DNA from: Microbacterium sp.
Lineage (GTDB): Bacteria; Actinomycetota; Actinomycetes; Actinomycetales; Microbacteriaceae
DNA length: 64,000 bases
Assembly (NCBI GenBank): GCA_047605005.1
Contig: JASGGN010000005.1
Location: 13,295 to 77,294 of the forward strand
Direction of reading: 5' to 3'
Shown: piece by piece, positions 8,825-18,050 of the stretch
Numbering within the stretch: the first letter of the stretch is position 1
Layout of the letters: each line of letters starts with the position of its first letter
Notes under the pieces: model-generated
The model's input: the letters and a program-made list of their open reading frames with translations, nothing else
What the model was told of the DNA's origin: nothing
Databases searched by the model: none
Made by a program: the position numbers and the translations under genes

Positions 8825-9433
8825 ATGAGTTCAGGTGTCCGCGAGCGCGTCCGGGACCTCGTGCGCGCGGAGACGGCGGAGGTCGCGGTCCGCGTTTTCG
8901 CCGAGCACGGCTTCGATCAGACGACCGTCGACGACGTCGCGCGCGAAGCCGGCATCTCGCGGGCCACCTTCTTCCGCTACTTCGGCTCGAAAGAGGAGGC
9001 CGTCGTGGCCTCCGTCGAGTCGGGCGGCCTGGACTTCGGCGCGCTGCTGCGCACGCAGGCATCCGATGTCACCGGCGCGGGGAGCGCCTGGGATGTGCTC
9101 ACGAACGTGTTCGAGGCCGGTATGGCGAGCATCGAGCGGGATGCCTCAGACCTCCGCGGCCTCCGCGCGCGGACGCGCATGATCACGCAGACGCCCTCCC
9201 TGCGTGCCCATCTGAGCGAGAAGCGACGGAGCCAGGAGGAGAGCCTCGTCGAGGCGCTCACCGATCTGGGAGCCGATCCCCTCACCGCGAGGGTGCTGGC
9301 CGCCATCGCCCTCGCCGCGTATGAGCTGACCTGGCAGGAGTGGTCGGCCGGCGACGACGCCGAGCTGCGGGACGTGTTCCGCGACGTGTTCGCGCGGGTC
9401 CCGCAGCTCGGCGCGCCGCTTCGGCCCCGGTAG
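8825..9433 (+). CDS. TetR-family transcriptional regulator
   Basis: FAEHGFDQTTVDDVAREAGISRATFFRYFGSKE HTH. Confidence 0.93.
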   Translation: MSSGVRERVRDLVRAETAEVAVRVFAEHGFDQTTVDDVAREAGISRATFFRYFGSKEEAVVASVESGGLDFGALLRTQASDVTGAGSAWDVLTNVFEAGMASIERDASDLRGLRARTRMITQTPSLRAHLSEKRRSQEESLVEALTDLGADPLTARVLAAIALAAYELTWQEWSAGDDAELRDVFRDVFARVPQLGAPLRPR

Positions 9434-9469
9434 ACCGGTCGGCCCCGACGGTGCCGACGACCCCGGGAG

Positions 9470-10486
9470 TCAATCGAAGGTGACCACGACCTTGTCGGCG
9501 GCGCCGGGCGTCTTGGCAAGTTCGAGCGCCTCGAGGGCCCGGTCGAACGGGAGCCGGTCGCTGATGATGACGGCGTACTTCTCCCAGTTCTCCACGATGT
9601 CGTCGGTCACCTCGAAGATCTCCGTCGGATACCCCATCGACCACACGAGCGTGAGCTCGGAGGTGAGGATGCCGCCGAAGTCGAGCTCGACCGGGCGCTT
9701 GTGGACCGCGACGACGCCGAGAGTCGCGCCTTGTTTGGCGATGGCGGCCGCGGTCGGCGGGATGCTGGGCGCGCCGGCGGCGTCGAGGTAGATGTCCGTG
9801 CCCGCACGGACGCCGCGGTTGAAGACCGTCGCGCCGTCGCCGTGCAGTTCGACCAGCCGCGCCGCGAGATCCTCCTCGGCGGAGTTGACGACGGCGTCGG
9901 CGCCGACCTGGAGCGCCTTCTCGAGTCGCGCCGGCAGGATGTCGACGACCACGATGTGCGCAGCGCCGCGACGGCGGTAGCCCAGCACCGCGCCGAGCCC
10001 GATGGGTCCCGCGCCGAAGACGACCACCTTGGCTCCCGGCTGCGGATTGGTGCGGTTGACGGCGTGGGAGGCGACGGCCATCGGCTCGTTCAGGGAGGCG
10101 ACCTCCCACGGGACGTGCTTCGGGATGACCTTGAGCTGGCGTCCGGGCTGGGCGTCTGTGATGACCACGTACTCGGAGAGGGCGCCCTGGGCTCCGCCCG
10201 AACCGAGCAGCCCGTCGGTGAGGGCCATCGTGTCGATGACGACGTGGTCGCCGACCTCGAACCCCTGCACGTCGGCGCCCACCTCGACGACCTCGGCCGC
10301 GGGCTCGTGCCCGAGCGGGGTCGCGCCCTGGCGCGGCGGGATCCCGCCGTTGTGGCTGTACATCGCGTCTGAGCCGCAGATGCCGCAGGCCTTGATCTTC
10401 AGCAGGACGTCGGCCGGGCCGGCGACGGGCTGGTCGATGTCGACCCAGGCGTTGGTGTCGGGGGCGACGACGTGGACGGACTTCAT
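9470..10486 (-). CDS. Zinc-dependent medium-chain alcohol dehydrogenase
   Basis: CGICGSD, GHE and GAGPIG motifs; strong RBS GAGGAGG. Confidence 0.9.
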   Translation of the reverse strand: MKSVHVVAPDTNAWVDIDQPVAGPADVLLKIKACGICGSDAMYSHNGGIPPRQGATPLGHEPAAEVVEVGADVQGFEVGDHVVIDTMALTDGLLGSGGAQGALSEYVVITDAQPGRQLKVIPKHVPWEVASLNEPMAVASHAVNRTNPQPGAKVVVFGAGPIGLGAVLGYRRRGAAHIVVVDILPARLEKALQVGADAVVNSAEEDLAARLVELHGDGATVFNRGVRAGTDIYLDAAGAPSIPPTAAAIAKQGATLGVVAVHKRPVELDFGGILTSELTLVWSMGYPTEIFEVTDDIVENWEKYAVIISDRLPFDRALEALELAKTPGAADKVVVTFD

Positions 10487-10495
10487 GGCTCCTCC

Positions 10496-10552
10496 TCGGG
10501 AGACTGGGGGTGGTTCGGGAGACTGGGGGTGGTTCGGGAGACTGGGGGTGGT
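10496..10552. repeat. 19-bp tandem repeat TCGGGAGACTGGGGGTGGT x3
   Basis: Three exact copies at 10496, 10515 and 10534, between the isochorismatase and ADH genes. Confidence 0.95.
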
Positions 10553-10564
10553 TGTGGTGGTGGT

Positions 10565-11125
10565 TCAGGCGTCGAGCAGTGCGACGACGTCGTCTGTGAC
10601 GCCGGTCTCGCCCAGAATGCGGAACACGCCGGCGACGGAGCGCTCGTGCGCTCCGGGGATGCGGTCGGTGATCGCGTCGGTGGGGATGGTCACGTTGTAG
10701 CCGAGGTCGTAGGCGGCCCGCGCCGTGGACTCGACCCCGAAGCTCGTCGCGACCCCGACGAGCACCACCTGGGTGACGCCGAGCGCCGAGAGCTCCTCGT
10801 GGAGCCCCGTGCCGGCGAAGGCGCTCCACGGCCCCTTCGTGATGACGAGGTCGCCCGGTTCGGGCTGAAGGCCCGCGACGAACTCGGTGAACTCGGGCGG
10901 CACCTGCGGCATCCGCCCGCCGAGCTCGGCGCGACCGGCCGGAGCCTGTGCCGGATCGAAGCGGACGAGGACGACCGGAAGGCCCCGCTCGCGGAAGGCG
11001 GCGGCCAGGCGCGCGGCATTGCCGATCACGCCCTCGATCGGATGCGTGGTCTGCGCTGCCGTCGTCCCCTTCTGCAGGTCGATGACGATGAGCGCGGTGA
11101 CCGGGTCGAGGGTCGTGATCGGCAT
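10565..11125 (-). CDS. Isochorismatase/cysteine-hydrolase family protein (YecD-like)
   Basis: ALIVIDLQKG, K..WSAF.GT.L, GVATSFGVESTAR.AYDLGY. Confidence 0.88.
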   Translation of the reverse strand: MPITTLDPVTALIVIDLQKGTTAAQTTHPIEGVIGNAARLAAAFRERGLPVVLVRFDPAQAPAGRAELGGRMPQVPPEFTEFVAGLQPEPGDLVITKGPWSAFAGTGLHEELSALGVTQVVLVGVATSFGVESTARAAYDLGYNVTIPTDAITDRIPGAHERSVAGVFRILGETGVTDDVVALLDA

Positions 11126-11149
11126 GGTGGTGTCCTTTCGTGGTGGCTT

Positions 11150-12796
11150 TCACGCACCGGTGCGGATGAAGTGGGCGACGAGCTCGCCCACCAGATGCGC
11201 CGACGCTGCGGGGCCCCGCAGGGGTGCGTCGGGCAGGATCGAGGTGTCGGCGACGCGCAGTCCTTCGACGCCGTAGACACGACCGTACTGGTCGACGACG
11301 GCGCCGTCCTCCTCACGTCCGGCCTGGGCCGATCCGCACATGTGGATCGCGGTGCCGAGGTGGTCGAGCATCCACTCGTCGAGCTTCGCGTCGTCGGCGA
11401 GGATCTCGTCGGTGATCTCGGCGTACCTGTCGAACCAGGGTTCCATCGCCTTGGTCTTCAAAATCGCGGCGGAGGTGCGCATGACCTCGCGCATGCGCAC
11501 GAGGTCGCGCTCGTCCTGCAGATAGTTGTAGTCGATCTGGGGATTCTTGCGCGGGTTGCTGGAGGTGATGCGGATCTCTCCGCGCGATTCCTCGTGCTGG
11601 ATCGCCGTCGCGAAGAACATCGCCGGCATCGCCTTGCCCTGCTTCATCGTGCGCGCGATGTCCATGCCCTTGAACGAGGACAGCATCTTGAGGGGATGGC
11701 GGATCGACCGCAGCATCACCGGCAGCATGCTCGGGCCCATCACCTGCATCTGGGTGGTCTCGATGCTGAACAGCAGCTCCAGGTCTCCCCCGTCGTACCC
11801 GTGCTCCGCGGCCTTCCAGTTGAGCAGGTTCTGGAATCCGGCGCTCTGCTTGCCGGTGTTCTTCTTCGACATCCAGGCGAAGGCGATGTCGGGGTGGTCG
11901 CTGAATCCCTTGCCCACCCGGGGCGCGTTCTTGACGACGGGGATGCCTGCCGCGCGCAGATCCGTGATGGGGCCGACGCCGGACAGCAGCAGGATGTGCG
12001 GGGACTTGATCGCCCCGGCGCTGAGGACGATCTCGCCGGCGTCGATGCGCTGCACCTTACGTCCCGCGGTCTCCACCTCCACGGCGACGGCGCGGGTGCC
12101 CTCGAACAGCACGCGGCGCACGAACGAGTCACCGCGCACGGTGAGGTTCTTCCGGTGGCGGGCGGGATTGACGTAGGTGATCCCGGTGTTCAGCCGCACA
12201 CCGTCGACGGCGTTGCGCGGCAGCGGGCCGATGCCGGGAGTGCCGGTCTGATCGTCCTTGTCCTCGTCGAGCGGGAAGCCGAGCTCCACGGCGGCATCCT
12301 GCAGCGCCTTGGCGAGAGGGTGCAGGTTCGTCGCGTCGTTGCGGAAGATCTTCACCGGGCCGGATCCGCCGTGCACGGCGCTCTCGCCGTACGTCAGGTC
12401 GGTCTCGATCCGCTTCCAGAACGGCAGCGTCTTCTCGTACGACCACTCGCTGAGCCCCGCAGCCTCCCAGCGGTCGTGATCCTCCTTGCGCGCCCGGATG
12501 AAGTAGGCGCCGTTGAGCGTGGAGGACCCGCCGAGGATCTTGCCACGGGCGATGGAGTAGGCGAAGCCGGGACGGATGTTCGCGAGGAACCCCCAGTTGT
12601 TCGGATGCCCCGGCATCGCTCCGGCGATCAGGCCCGCGTCGAGCAGTTCGGGCGGGAAGTCCTTCGTGGTCGGGGCGTCGGGCCCCGCCTCCAGCAACAG
12701 GACAGTGCGGTCCGCATCCTCGCTCAGCCGCGCCGCGAGCGGTCCGCCGGATGCCCCGGCACCGACGACGATGACGTCGTATCTTTCGGTGGTCAT
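11150..12796 (-). CDS. GMC-family FAD oxidoreductase (MftG-like)
   Basis: VVGAGASG FAD motif, GKILGGSSTLNG, RIETDL..HG..GP, C-terminal HMCGSA and VDQYGRVYGVEGLRVADTS. Confidence 0.9.
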   Translation of the reverse strand: MTTERYDVIVVGAGASGGPLAARLSEDADRTVLLLEAGPDAPTTKDFPPELLDAGLIAGAMPGHPNNWGFLANIRPGFAYSIARGKILGGSSTLNGAYFIRARKEDHDRWEAAGLSEWSYEKTLPFWKRIETDLTYGESAVHGGSGPVKIFRNDATNLHPLAKALQDAAVELGFPLDEDKDDQTGTPGIGPLPRNAVDGVRLNTGITYVNPARHRKNLTVRGDSFVRRVLFEGTRAVAVEVETAGRKVQRIDAGEIVLSAGAIKSPHILLLSGVGPITDLRAAGIPVVKNAPRVGKGFSDHPDIAFAWMSKKNTGKQSAGFQNLLNWKAAEHGYDGGDLELLFSIETTQMQVMGPSMLPVMLRSIRHPLKMLSSFKGMDIARTMKQGKAMPAMFFATAIQHEESRGEIRITSSNPRKNPQIDYNYLQDERDLVRMREVMRTSAAILKTKAMEPWFDRYAEITDEILADDAKLDEWMLDHLGTAIHMCGSAQAGREEDGAVVDQYGRVYGVEGLRVADTSILPDAPLRGPAASAHLVGELVAHFIRTGA

Positions 12797-12903
12797 GCCA
12801 CCCTCCTCAATGTCTTCTTTGACATCGGACCGGCCGGATCAGCCGGTCCACCGACAAGAATATCTCACCCGTGTTCAGTTATTCGCGGTGCGGAGGGAAA
12901 GAT

Positions 12904-13515
12904 GTGCGGGAGAATCAGACGGTGACCAGGCGAGGGCGAGGGCGGCCGCGGGAGACCACCCACGACGAGATCCGTGACGTCGCCCGTGCCCTGTTCCTGC
13001 AGCAGGGCTACGCGGCGACCTCGCTGCAGCAGATCGCGGATGCCGCGGGCATCAGTCGCACCACTCTGTTCCACTATTTCCCCGCGAAGCGCGACCTCAT
13101 GGCCGACGAGTTCGATGCCAGCTTCACCCGGCTGCGCGACGCGCTCGAGCACGGGGAGGGCAAGCCGATCGTGGCGGCGATGGCCGAGGGCATCGAGGCG
13201 GCTCTGCGATTCGGTCGCGCCGAGCACGACTCCCTGGTGCTGCGGTGGCGGATCGTGCGCAGCGACGAGGGACTGCGCGCGGACGTCGCGCTGCGCACGA
13301 GCGACATCGCCGATCTGCTCGTGGATTACGGCCGCGCCCGGGCACCACGAGCGGCCCCGAGCCTCGTGACCCACCTCGTCGAGGCGCTGCTGGCCGTCGT
13401 CCTCAGCGCGACGACGACGTGGGCCGACCAGGAAGATCCGTCGACCGACCTGAACGCGCACGTCGCCGCAGAGCTCGCGCCGTTCGTCACGGCGCTGAGC
13501 CCCCTCCTGGAGTGA
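12904..13515 (+). CDS. TetR-family regulator (MftR-like), divergent from the GMC gene
   Basis: GRPRETT...LFLQQGYAATSLQQIADAAGISRTTLFHYFPAK; start uncertain. Confidence 0.9.
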   Translation: MRENQTVTRRGRGRPRETTHDEIRDVARALFLQQGYAATSLQQIADAAGISRTTLFHYFPAKRDLMADEFDASFTRLRDALEHGEGKPIVAAMAEGIEAALRFGRAEHDSLVLRWRIVRSDEGLRADVALRTSDIADLLVDYGRARAPRAAPSLVTHLVEALLAVVLSATTTWADQEDPSTDLNAHVAAELAPFVTALSPLLE

Positions 13516-14566
13516 CCTGCGCGAGCAGCGTCAGCCCGTGCTCCACGGCGCTCCATCGATCCATCGGCTCGCCCTCGCGCGCGCTGGATGCGAACAGCAG
13601 CATGACCTCGTCGATGCCGAGGTCTTCTGCGAACGCCCGGAGGCGCCTGCGGGATGCCTCCGCGGAGTCGACCGTCCAGGTGGGCAGCAACGCGTCGATC
13701 ACCTGTCGCTCGGCCGCGCTCATGCCACGACGCTGCGCGGCCTCGACGGTCTCGACGGCGAACGGGTCGCCGCCGCCGGTGAACATGCGGGCGTAGCGCA
13801 GCAGGGCGGGGAGCGCCCGCGAGTACGCCTCCTCGGCGGTGTCGGCGACGGACGCGTTCATGGTCGCGATCGCCCGCGGGCGGTCGAGCTCGGGTGAGGG
13901 CCGGAACTCGTTTCGGTAGGCATCCAGCGCCGCCTCGGTGCCGCGCCCGCTGAAATGGTGGGCGTAGACGTACGCGAAGCCGCACCGACCCGCCATCCGT
14001 GCCGAGCTTTCGCTGGTGCCGAGGATGAAGATCGGCGCGGAGCCCGTCGGCGGAGCCGAAACGAGGACGTCCTCGGTGCGCAGCCCCGCCCGGCGCCGAA
14101 TCCGGCCGGTGTCCGTGAGCTCACGCAGCAGGCGCACGTTCGCGGTGAACTCGGCATCCTCTTTGCCCTTGCCGCCGCCGTACGACGAGGGGCCGACGCC
14201 GCGAGCCAGCCCCAGGTCGATGCGACCGGGGGCGATCGACTCGAGCGTCGTGAAGTGCTCGGCGATCGTCACCGGATCGTGCCGGGGCAGCACGACACCG
14301 CCCGAGCCGACGCGGATGCGCTCGGTCAGCGCGGCCGTGGCGGCCATGAGGACCTGCGGCGCGGTCGCCCCCGTCGAGGGCATGCCGTGGTGCTCGGTGA
14401 ACCACCATCGCTCATAGCCGAGCCGGTCGGCCAGACGCGCCGCGGACAGCGAGGCGGCGACCGACTGCGCCGCCGTCTGTCCGTCGCGGATCGGCACCGG
14501 GTCGAGGATCGACAGCTTCGGACGCACGGGAATCTCCTGCACCGACGCCTTCTGCGCCCGGCTCAA
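13487..14566 (-). CDS. LLM-class (luciferase-like) flavin-dependent monooxygenase
   Basis: LSILD, WFTEHH, RIRVGSGGV.LP.H, PGRIDLGL. Confidence 0.88.
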   Translation of the reverse strand: MSRAQKASVQEIPVRPKLSILDPVPIRDGQTAAQSVAASLSAARLADRLGYERWWFTEHHGMPSTGATAPQVLMAATAALTERIRVGSGGVVLPRHDPVTIAEHFTTLESIAPGRIDLGLARGVGPSSYGGGKGKEDAEFTANVRLLRELTDTGRIRRRAGLRTEDVLVSAPPTGSAPIFILGTSESSARMAGRCGFAYVYAHHFSGRGTEAALDAYRNEFRPSPELDRPRAIATMNASVADTAEEAYSRALPALLRYARMFTGGGDPFAVETVEAAQRRGMSAAERQVIDALLPTWTVDSAEASRRRLRAFAEDLGIDEVMLLFASSAREGEPMDRWSAVEHGLTLLAQVTPGGGSAP

Positions 14567-15609
14567 TACCGCTTGCTGGCGAGCACGCGCGCGCTCTCGC
14601 GCCCGGCCTTCTCGTTCTTGCGTCCGGCGCGCGATCCGGCGAGTTTCGCGGCGATGTGCTCGCCGACGGTGACCGGTTCGTACTGGGCGGGATGCTGCTC
14701 ATCGATGCACTGTGGGAGGGTTGCGATGACGGCATCCACATTGCCGTCGTGGAAGAACGCGGCCGAGCGACGCCGCTCGATCGTGCCGTCGATGACGGGG
14801 GGCTTGACGCGGTGCAGCGTCGACATCCACTGGTCGTTCGTGAGTCGCGCGGTGGCGTCGCCGAGGTTGATCAGCAGCGCGCCGTCGGCGGGAGCGACAT
14901 CGTTCCACGAGCCGTCCGTGCCGAGCACCTGCAGACCACGCACCTGATCGGCCCAGAGGATCGTGACGATGCCGTAGTCGGTGTGCTCCCCCATTCCGAT
15001 GAGGTCGCCGTCGAGGCGCACGTCGGTGCCGGGCGGGAGGGCGTAGTTGTTCATCCGCAGCACGTCGAGCGAGTGGTCGGTGCGCACCGCGAAGAAGTCC
15101 GCCGGAAGGTCGAGCGCGTCGGCGAAGATCGCGGTCATGGTGCGCGCGACGCGCGCGGCCTCGGCGAAGTACGTCTGCACCTGCTGCTCGAAGCCGTCGA
15201 TGGCCGGCCAGACGTTGTCCGCGTAGTCGGGCTGGGGCAGGCCGGGCACGTGCGGATAGTCGGCCTGGCCTGCACCGACGTTGAACGCCTCGAAGAAGTC
15301 GTTCATGCGGCTCGCCTGCTCGACGCCGAGCGAAAGGCTCAGCGACTCCGTCTTCGGCGGGGTGTAGCCGCGGTTGATCTCAGGCGGCGTGCGGTAGGTC
15401 TTCTTCTCGTCGAGGTCGAGGGCGAAGAAGCGGTCCATCGCGTCGGTCAGCCCGTGCGTGATCGCATCGGGGATGCCGTGACCGGTGATCTGGATGAACC
15501 CGACCGTGCGGCACGCGGCGTCGATCTGCCGGGCGACATCGGCTTTCGCGGCATCCGACCCGCCGGAGATGTACGGGGTGATGTCGACGAGGGGAACGTG
15601 GAAGGTCAT
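14563..15609 (-). CDS. 2-oxoglutarate/Fe(II) oxygenase, isopenicillin N synthase family
   Basis: VPLVDI, GFIQITGHG, HTD...H iron triad, RRS; RBS AAGGAG before ATG 15609. Confidence 0.9.
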   Translation of the reverse strand: MTFHVPLVDITPYISGGSDAAKADVARQIDAACRTVGFIQITGHGIPDAITHGLTDAMDRFFALDLDEKKTYRTPPEINRGYTPPKTESLSLSLGVEQASRMNDFFEAFNVGAGQADYPHVPGLPQPDYADNVWPAIDGFEQQVQTYFAEAARVARTMTAIFADALDLPADFFAVRTDHSLDVLRMNNYALPPGTDVRLDGDLIGMGEHTDYGIVTILWADQVRGLQVLGTDGSWNDVAPADGALLINLGDATARLTNDQWMSTLHRVKPPVIDGTIERRRSAAFFHDGNVDAVIATLPQCIDEQHPAQYEPVTVGEHIAAKLAGSRAGRKNEKAGRESARVLASKRY

Positions 15610-15701
15610 GGCGACTCCTTGGCTCGAGCTCCTCGAAGGCGGCGGCTGGCTCTTCTGAGGGATACCAGAGTACCGGCACGCGGGAGGGGGCCAGCCGAGG
15701 G

Positions 15702-15914
15702 TCACGCCGGGGAGGACGGCTCATCGGTGTCGGAGAAGATGTCTTCGATGGGGCGGTCGAACACCCGGGCAAGGCGGAATGCGAGAGGCAGAGAAGGGTC
15801 GAATCGTCCACGCTCGATCGAGATGATCGTCTGCCGCGAGACTCCGAGCTCGTCGGCGAGGCGCTGCTGCGACCATCCCCGTTCCCGCCGAAGATCGGGC
15901 AGGGCGTTGCGCAT
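15702..15914 (-). CDS. XRE/Cro-CI HTH transcriptional regulator
   Basis: WSQQRLADELGVSRQTIISIERGRFDPSLPLAF. Confidence 0.92.
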   Translation of the reverse strand: MRNALPDLRRERGWSQQRLADELGVSRQTIISIERGRFDPSLPLAFRLARVFDRPIEDIFSDTDEPSSPA

Positions 15915-15917
15915 CGC

Positions 15918-16406
15918 TTAGCCCCGTCGCCGCTGGATGAGGTACCGAACCGCGAACGATCCCATCGCGATGAGGACGACGGCCGCGAGAGCATTCACGG
16001 CCGAGATCTCGATCCCCGTGAACGCGACGGCAGCCGTGCCCAGACCGGCGACGAGCAGAACATCCGTGAAGGCGCCGCTGGCAGCTTTCTCGTACCAGAC
16101 GGACTCGACGGATTGCTCAGGGTTATCGATGGCGCCGCGGAGCGTTTCGCGATCGACGATGAGCGCCCAGGCGATCCCGAGGCACGGCCACCACGTCATC
16201 ACGGCGATGACGCTGCCGCCGAGGATGGGGCGGGAGCCGGCGCTGTCCGTCGCCACCGCGAGCACCGCGATGCCGATGGCGAGGACCAGCCCGACGGGGG
16301 CGGCGACCCACAAGGCCGGCATCCGTCCCGCGCCGAACCGCACCCGCCCCCAGCGACTGCGTCGGTCGGTCTCCGTGCCCTTCTCGTCATCTCGACCGTC
16401 GTTCAT
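15918..16406 (-). CDS. Hypothetical membrane protein cotranscribed with the XRE gene
   Basis: RBS GGAGGTG before ATG 16406; four TM segments; PEQSVES.WY motif. Confidence 0.78.
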   Translation of the reverse strand: MNDGRDDEKGTETDRRSRWGRVRFGAGRMPALWVAAPVGLVLAIGIAVLAVATDSAGSRPILGGSVIAVMTWWPCLGIAWALIVDRETLRGAIDNPEQSVESVWYEKAASGAFTDVLLVAGLGTAAVAFTGIEISAVNALAAVVLIAMGSFAVRYLIQRRRG

Positions 16407-16420
16407 GTCACACCTCCCAT

Positions 16421-16474
16421 GTAAAGCGTGCTTGACTGCGTTCACCCCAGCATGACATGTCAAGCGTGCTTTAC
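16421..16474. promoter_or_regulatory. Paired operators GTAAAGCGTGCTTGAC and GTCAAGCGTGCTTTAC
   Basis: Two pseudo-palindromes at 16421-16436 and 16459-16474 upstream of the membrane protein/XRE operon. Confidence 0.65.
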
Positions 16475-16507
16475 GCAAGAGGTTCGCCAGCGCAGTGTCG
16501 GAGCCGA

Positions 16508-16529
16508 TGTCGGAACCCCCGCGTAGCGT
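16508..16529 (+). promoter_or_regulatory. RecA-NDp / PafBC-type DNA-damage promoter TGTCGG-N10-TAGCGT
   Basis: Exact fit to TGTCGG-N10-TAnnnT, with ATG 7 nt downstream (leaderless). Confidence 0.72.
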
Positions 16530-16536
16530 TCAGAGT

Positions 16537-17967
16537 ATGAAGATCATGACCGCAGCAGATCCCATTCGGGACCCGCTGTGGTGCGATCCCGAACTGCGCG
16601 AGGCGTACTTCGACGCCCTCGCGCGCGAGGTTCCGCCCGCCGACGATGTCGCGGACGACGAGAGCGATCTGCTGTTCCCGCCCGACCTCGACGCCGTCGC
16701 CGCCAAGGCCTATGTCGATGACCTGCTCGCCATTGAGGACACCGTTCGCGCAGCCCGCGCCCTCGCAGCCGAGCAGGACCACCTCTTCCACCTCACCCTC
16801 TGCCGCGCCGAAGAGGAGCCGGATGCCTGGGTGGGCCCCGATCCCACTCTCGACCCCGCGTGGCGCGACCCGCGGGGTCGCTCGGCAGCCACGGTGCGCA
16901 CCGATCGGCGCGATCTCGCCGTGCGCTCCGCGGCCGCTGACCTCGGCGCCCGCGTGCGCCTCTCCGACAACCAGGTGCGCTCGCGCGCGTACCGCGCCGA
17001 GGTCCACACGACACGCACGCCGCGGCTGTGGGAGGCGTGCCGGCTCGGGTTCGTGCCGGAGCAGAGCATGTCGCTTGCCGCGACCCTCGCCGCGAGCCTT
17101 CCGGATGATGCTCCGGATGCCTGGGCGACGTTCGACGAGGCCGTTCACGAGATCGCGACGACGCAGGCGCCGGGCCGCTTCGCGCGGCGCGCCCGGGCGG
17201 CCCGCGAGCGCGCACACCGCGAGTCGCTCACCGAGCGCCATCGCCGTGCGGCATCCGATCGTGAGGTCACGGTCGAGCCCGGCCTCGACGGCATGGCCTA
17301 CATCGGCGCCGTCGTCCCGGCCGCCGCGGCCAGGGCGATCGAGCGGCGCCTCGACGACCTGGCGCGGCACCTCGCCGCCGCATCCGACGAGAAGCGCACT
17401 CTCGCCCAGCTGCGCGCGGATGCCTTCGTCGACCTGCTCACGAGCGCGCCCGTCGCGGGCGGCGCGCAGATCGCCGCCACCGTCCACGTCACGATCCCCG
17501 CGCTCGCGCTGCTGGGCCACAGCGACGAGCCCGCCATCCTCGACGGCTACGGCCCGATCGACCTCGACACCGCGAAGAGGCTCGCCGGCGAGGCGAAGAG
17601 CTGGATCCGCGTCCTCACGCACCCTGTCACCGGCACCGTGCTCGACGTCGAACGCCGCACCTACCGCGTGCCCGCCGACCTGCGGCGACTGCTCGGCGTC
17701 CGCTACCGCACCTGCATCTTCCCCGGGTGCACCCGCTCCGCCGACCGCTGCGACATGGATCATCGCCAGCGCTGGGCCGACGGCGGCACGACCTCCGAAG
17801 ACAACCTCGGCCCGGAGTGTCCATCACATCATCCGCTGAAAGACGAGACCCTCTGGCGCCTGGAACAAGTTGCGGATGCCGACGGCGGTAACGCCGCGGA
17901 TGTCGCCGCGCTCCGCTGGATCTCCCCCACCGGAGCCGTCTTCGACGTCGACCCGCCACCGTTCTGA
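16537..17967 (+). CDS. DUF222 / HNH endonuclease (13E12-repeat-like)
   Basis: RTLAQLRADAFVDLL, LDGYGPI, CIFPGC..DMDH..W.DGG.T...NL..EC..HH. Confidence 0.88.
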   Translation: MKIMTAADPIRDPLWCDPELREAYFDALAREVPPADDVADDESDLLFPPDLDAVAAKAYVDDLLAIEDTVRAARALAAEQDHLFHLTLCRAEEEPDAWVGPDPTLDPAWRDPRGRSAATVRTDRRDLAVRSAAADLGARVRLSDNQVRSRAYRAEVHTTRTPRLWEACRLGFVPEQSMSLAATLAASLPDDAPDAWATFDEAVHEIATTQAPGRFARRARAARERAHRESLTERHRRAASDREVTVEPGLDGMAYIGAVVPAAAARAIERRLDDLARHLAAASDEKRTLAQLRADAFVDLLTSAPVAGGAQIAATVHVTIPALALLGHSDEPAILDGYGPIDLDTAKRLAGEAKSWIRVLTHPVTGTVLDVERRTYRVPADLRRLLGVRYRTCIFPGCTRSADRCDMDHRQRWADGGTTSEDNLGPECPSHHPLKDETLWRLEQVADADGGNAADVAALRWISPTGAVFDVDPPPF

Positions 17968-18050
17968 CCTATGCACTCGCGGTGACTCCCCGCCCTCCGT
18001 GAAGCTCACCACACCGGCAGGCCGAGTGACCGGGATGGGATGATTGGGCT

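Noticed and set aside
10496-10552. Possible CRISPR array (also 35780-35895 and 54191-54228)
   Set aside because: The 19-bp units have no spacers. The 27-bp repeat has only two copies, both in coding ends. No cas genes are present.
10472-12925. 817-aa antisense ORF (also 39659-41593, 22500-24371 and similar)
   Set aside because: Typical antisense shadows of high-GC genes, with no recognisable motifs or RBS.
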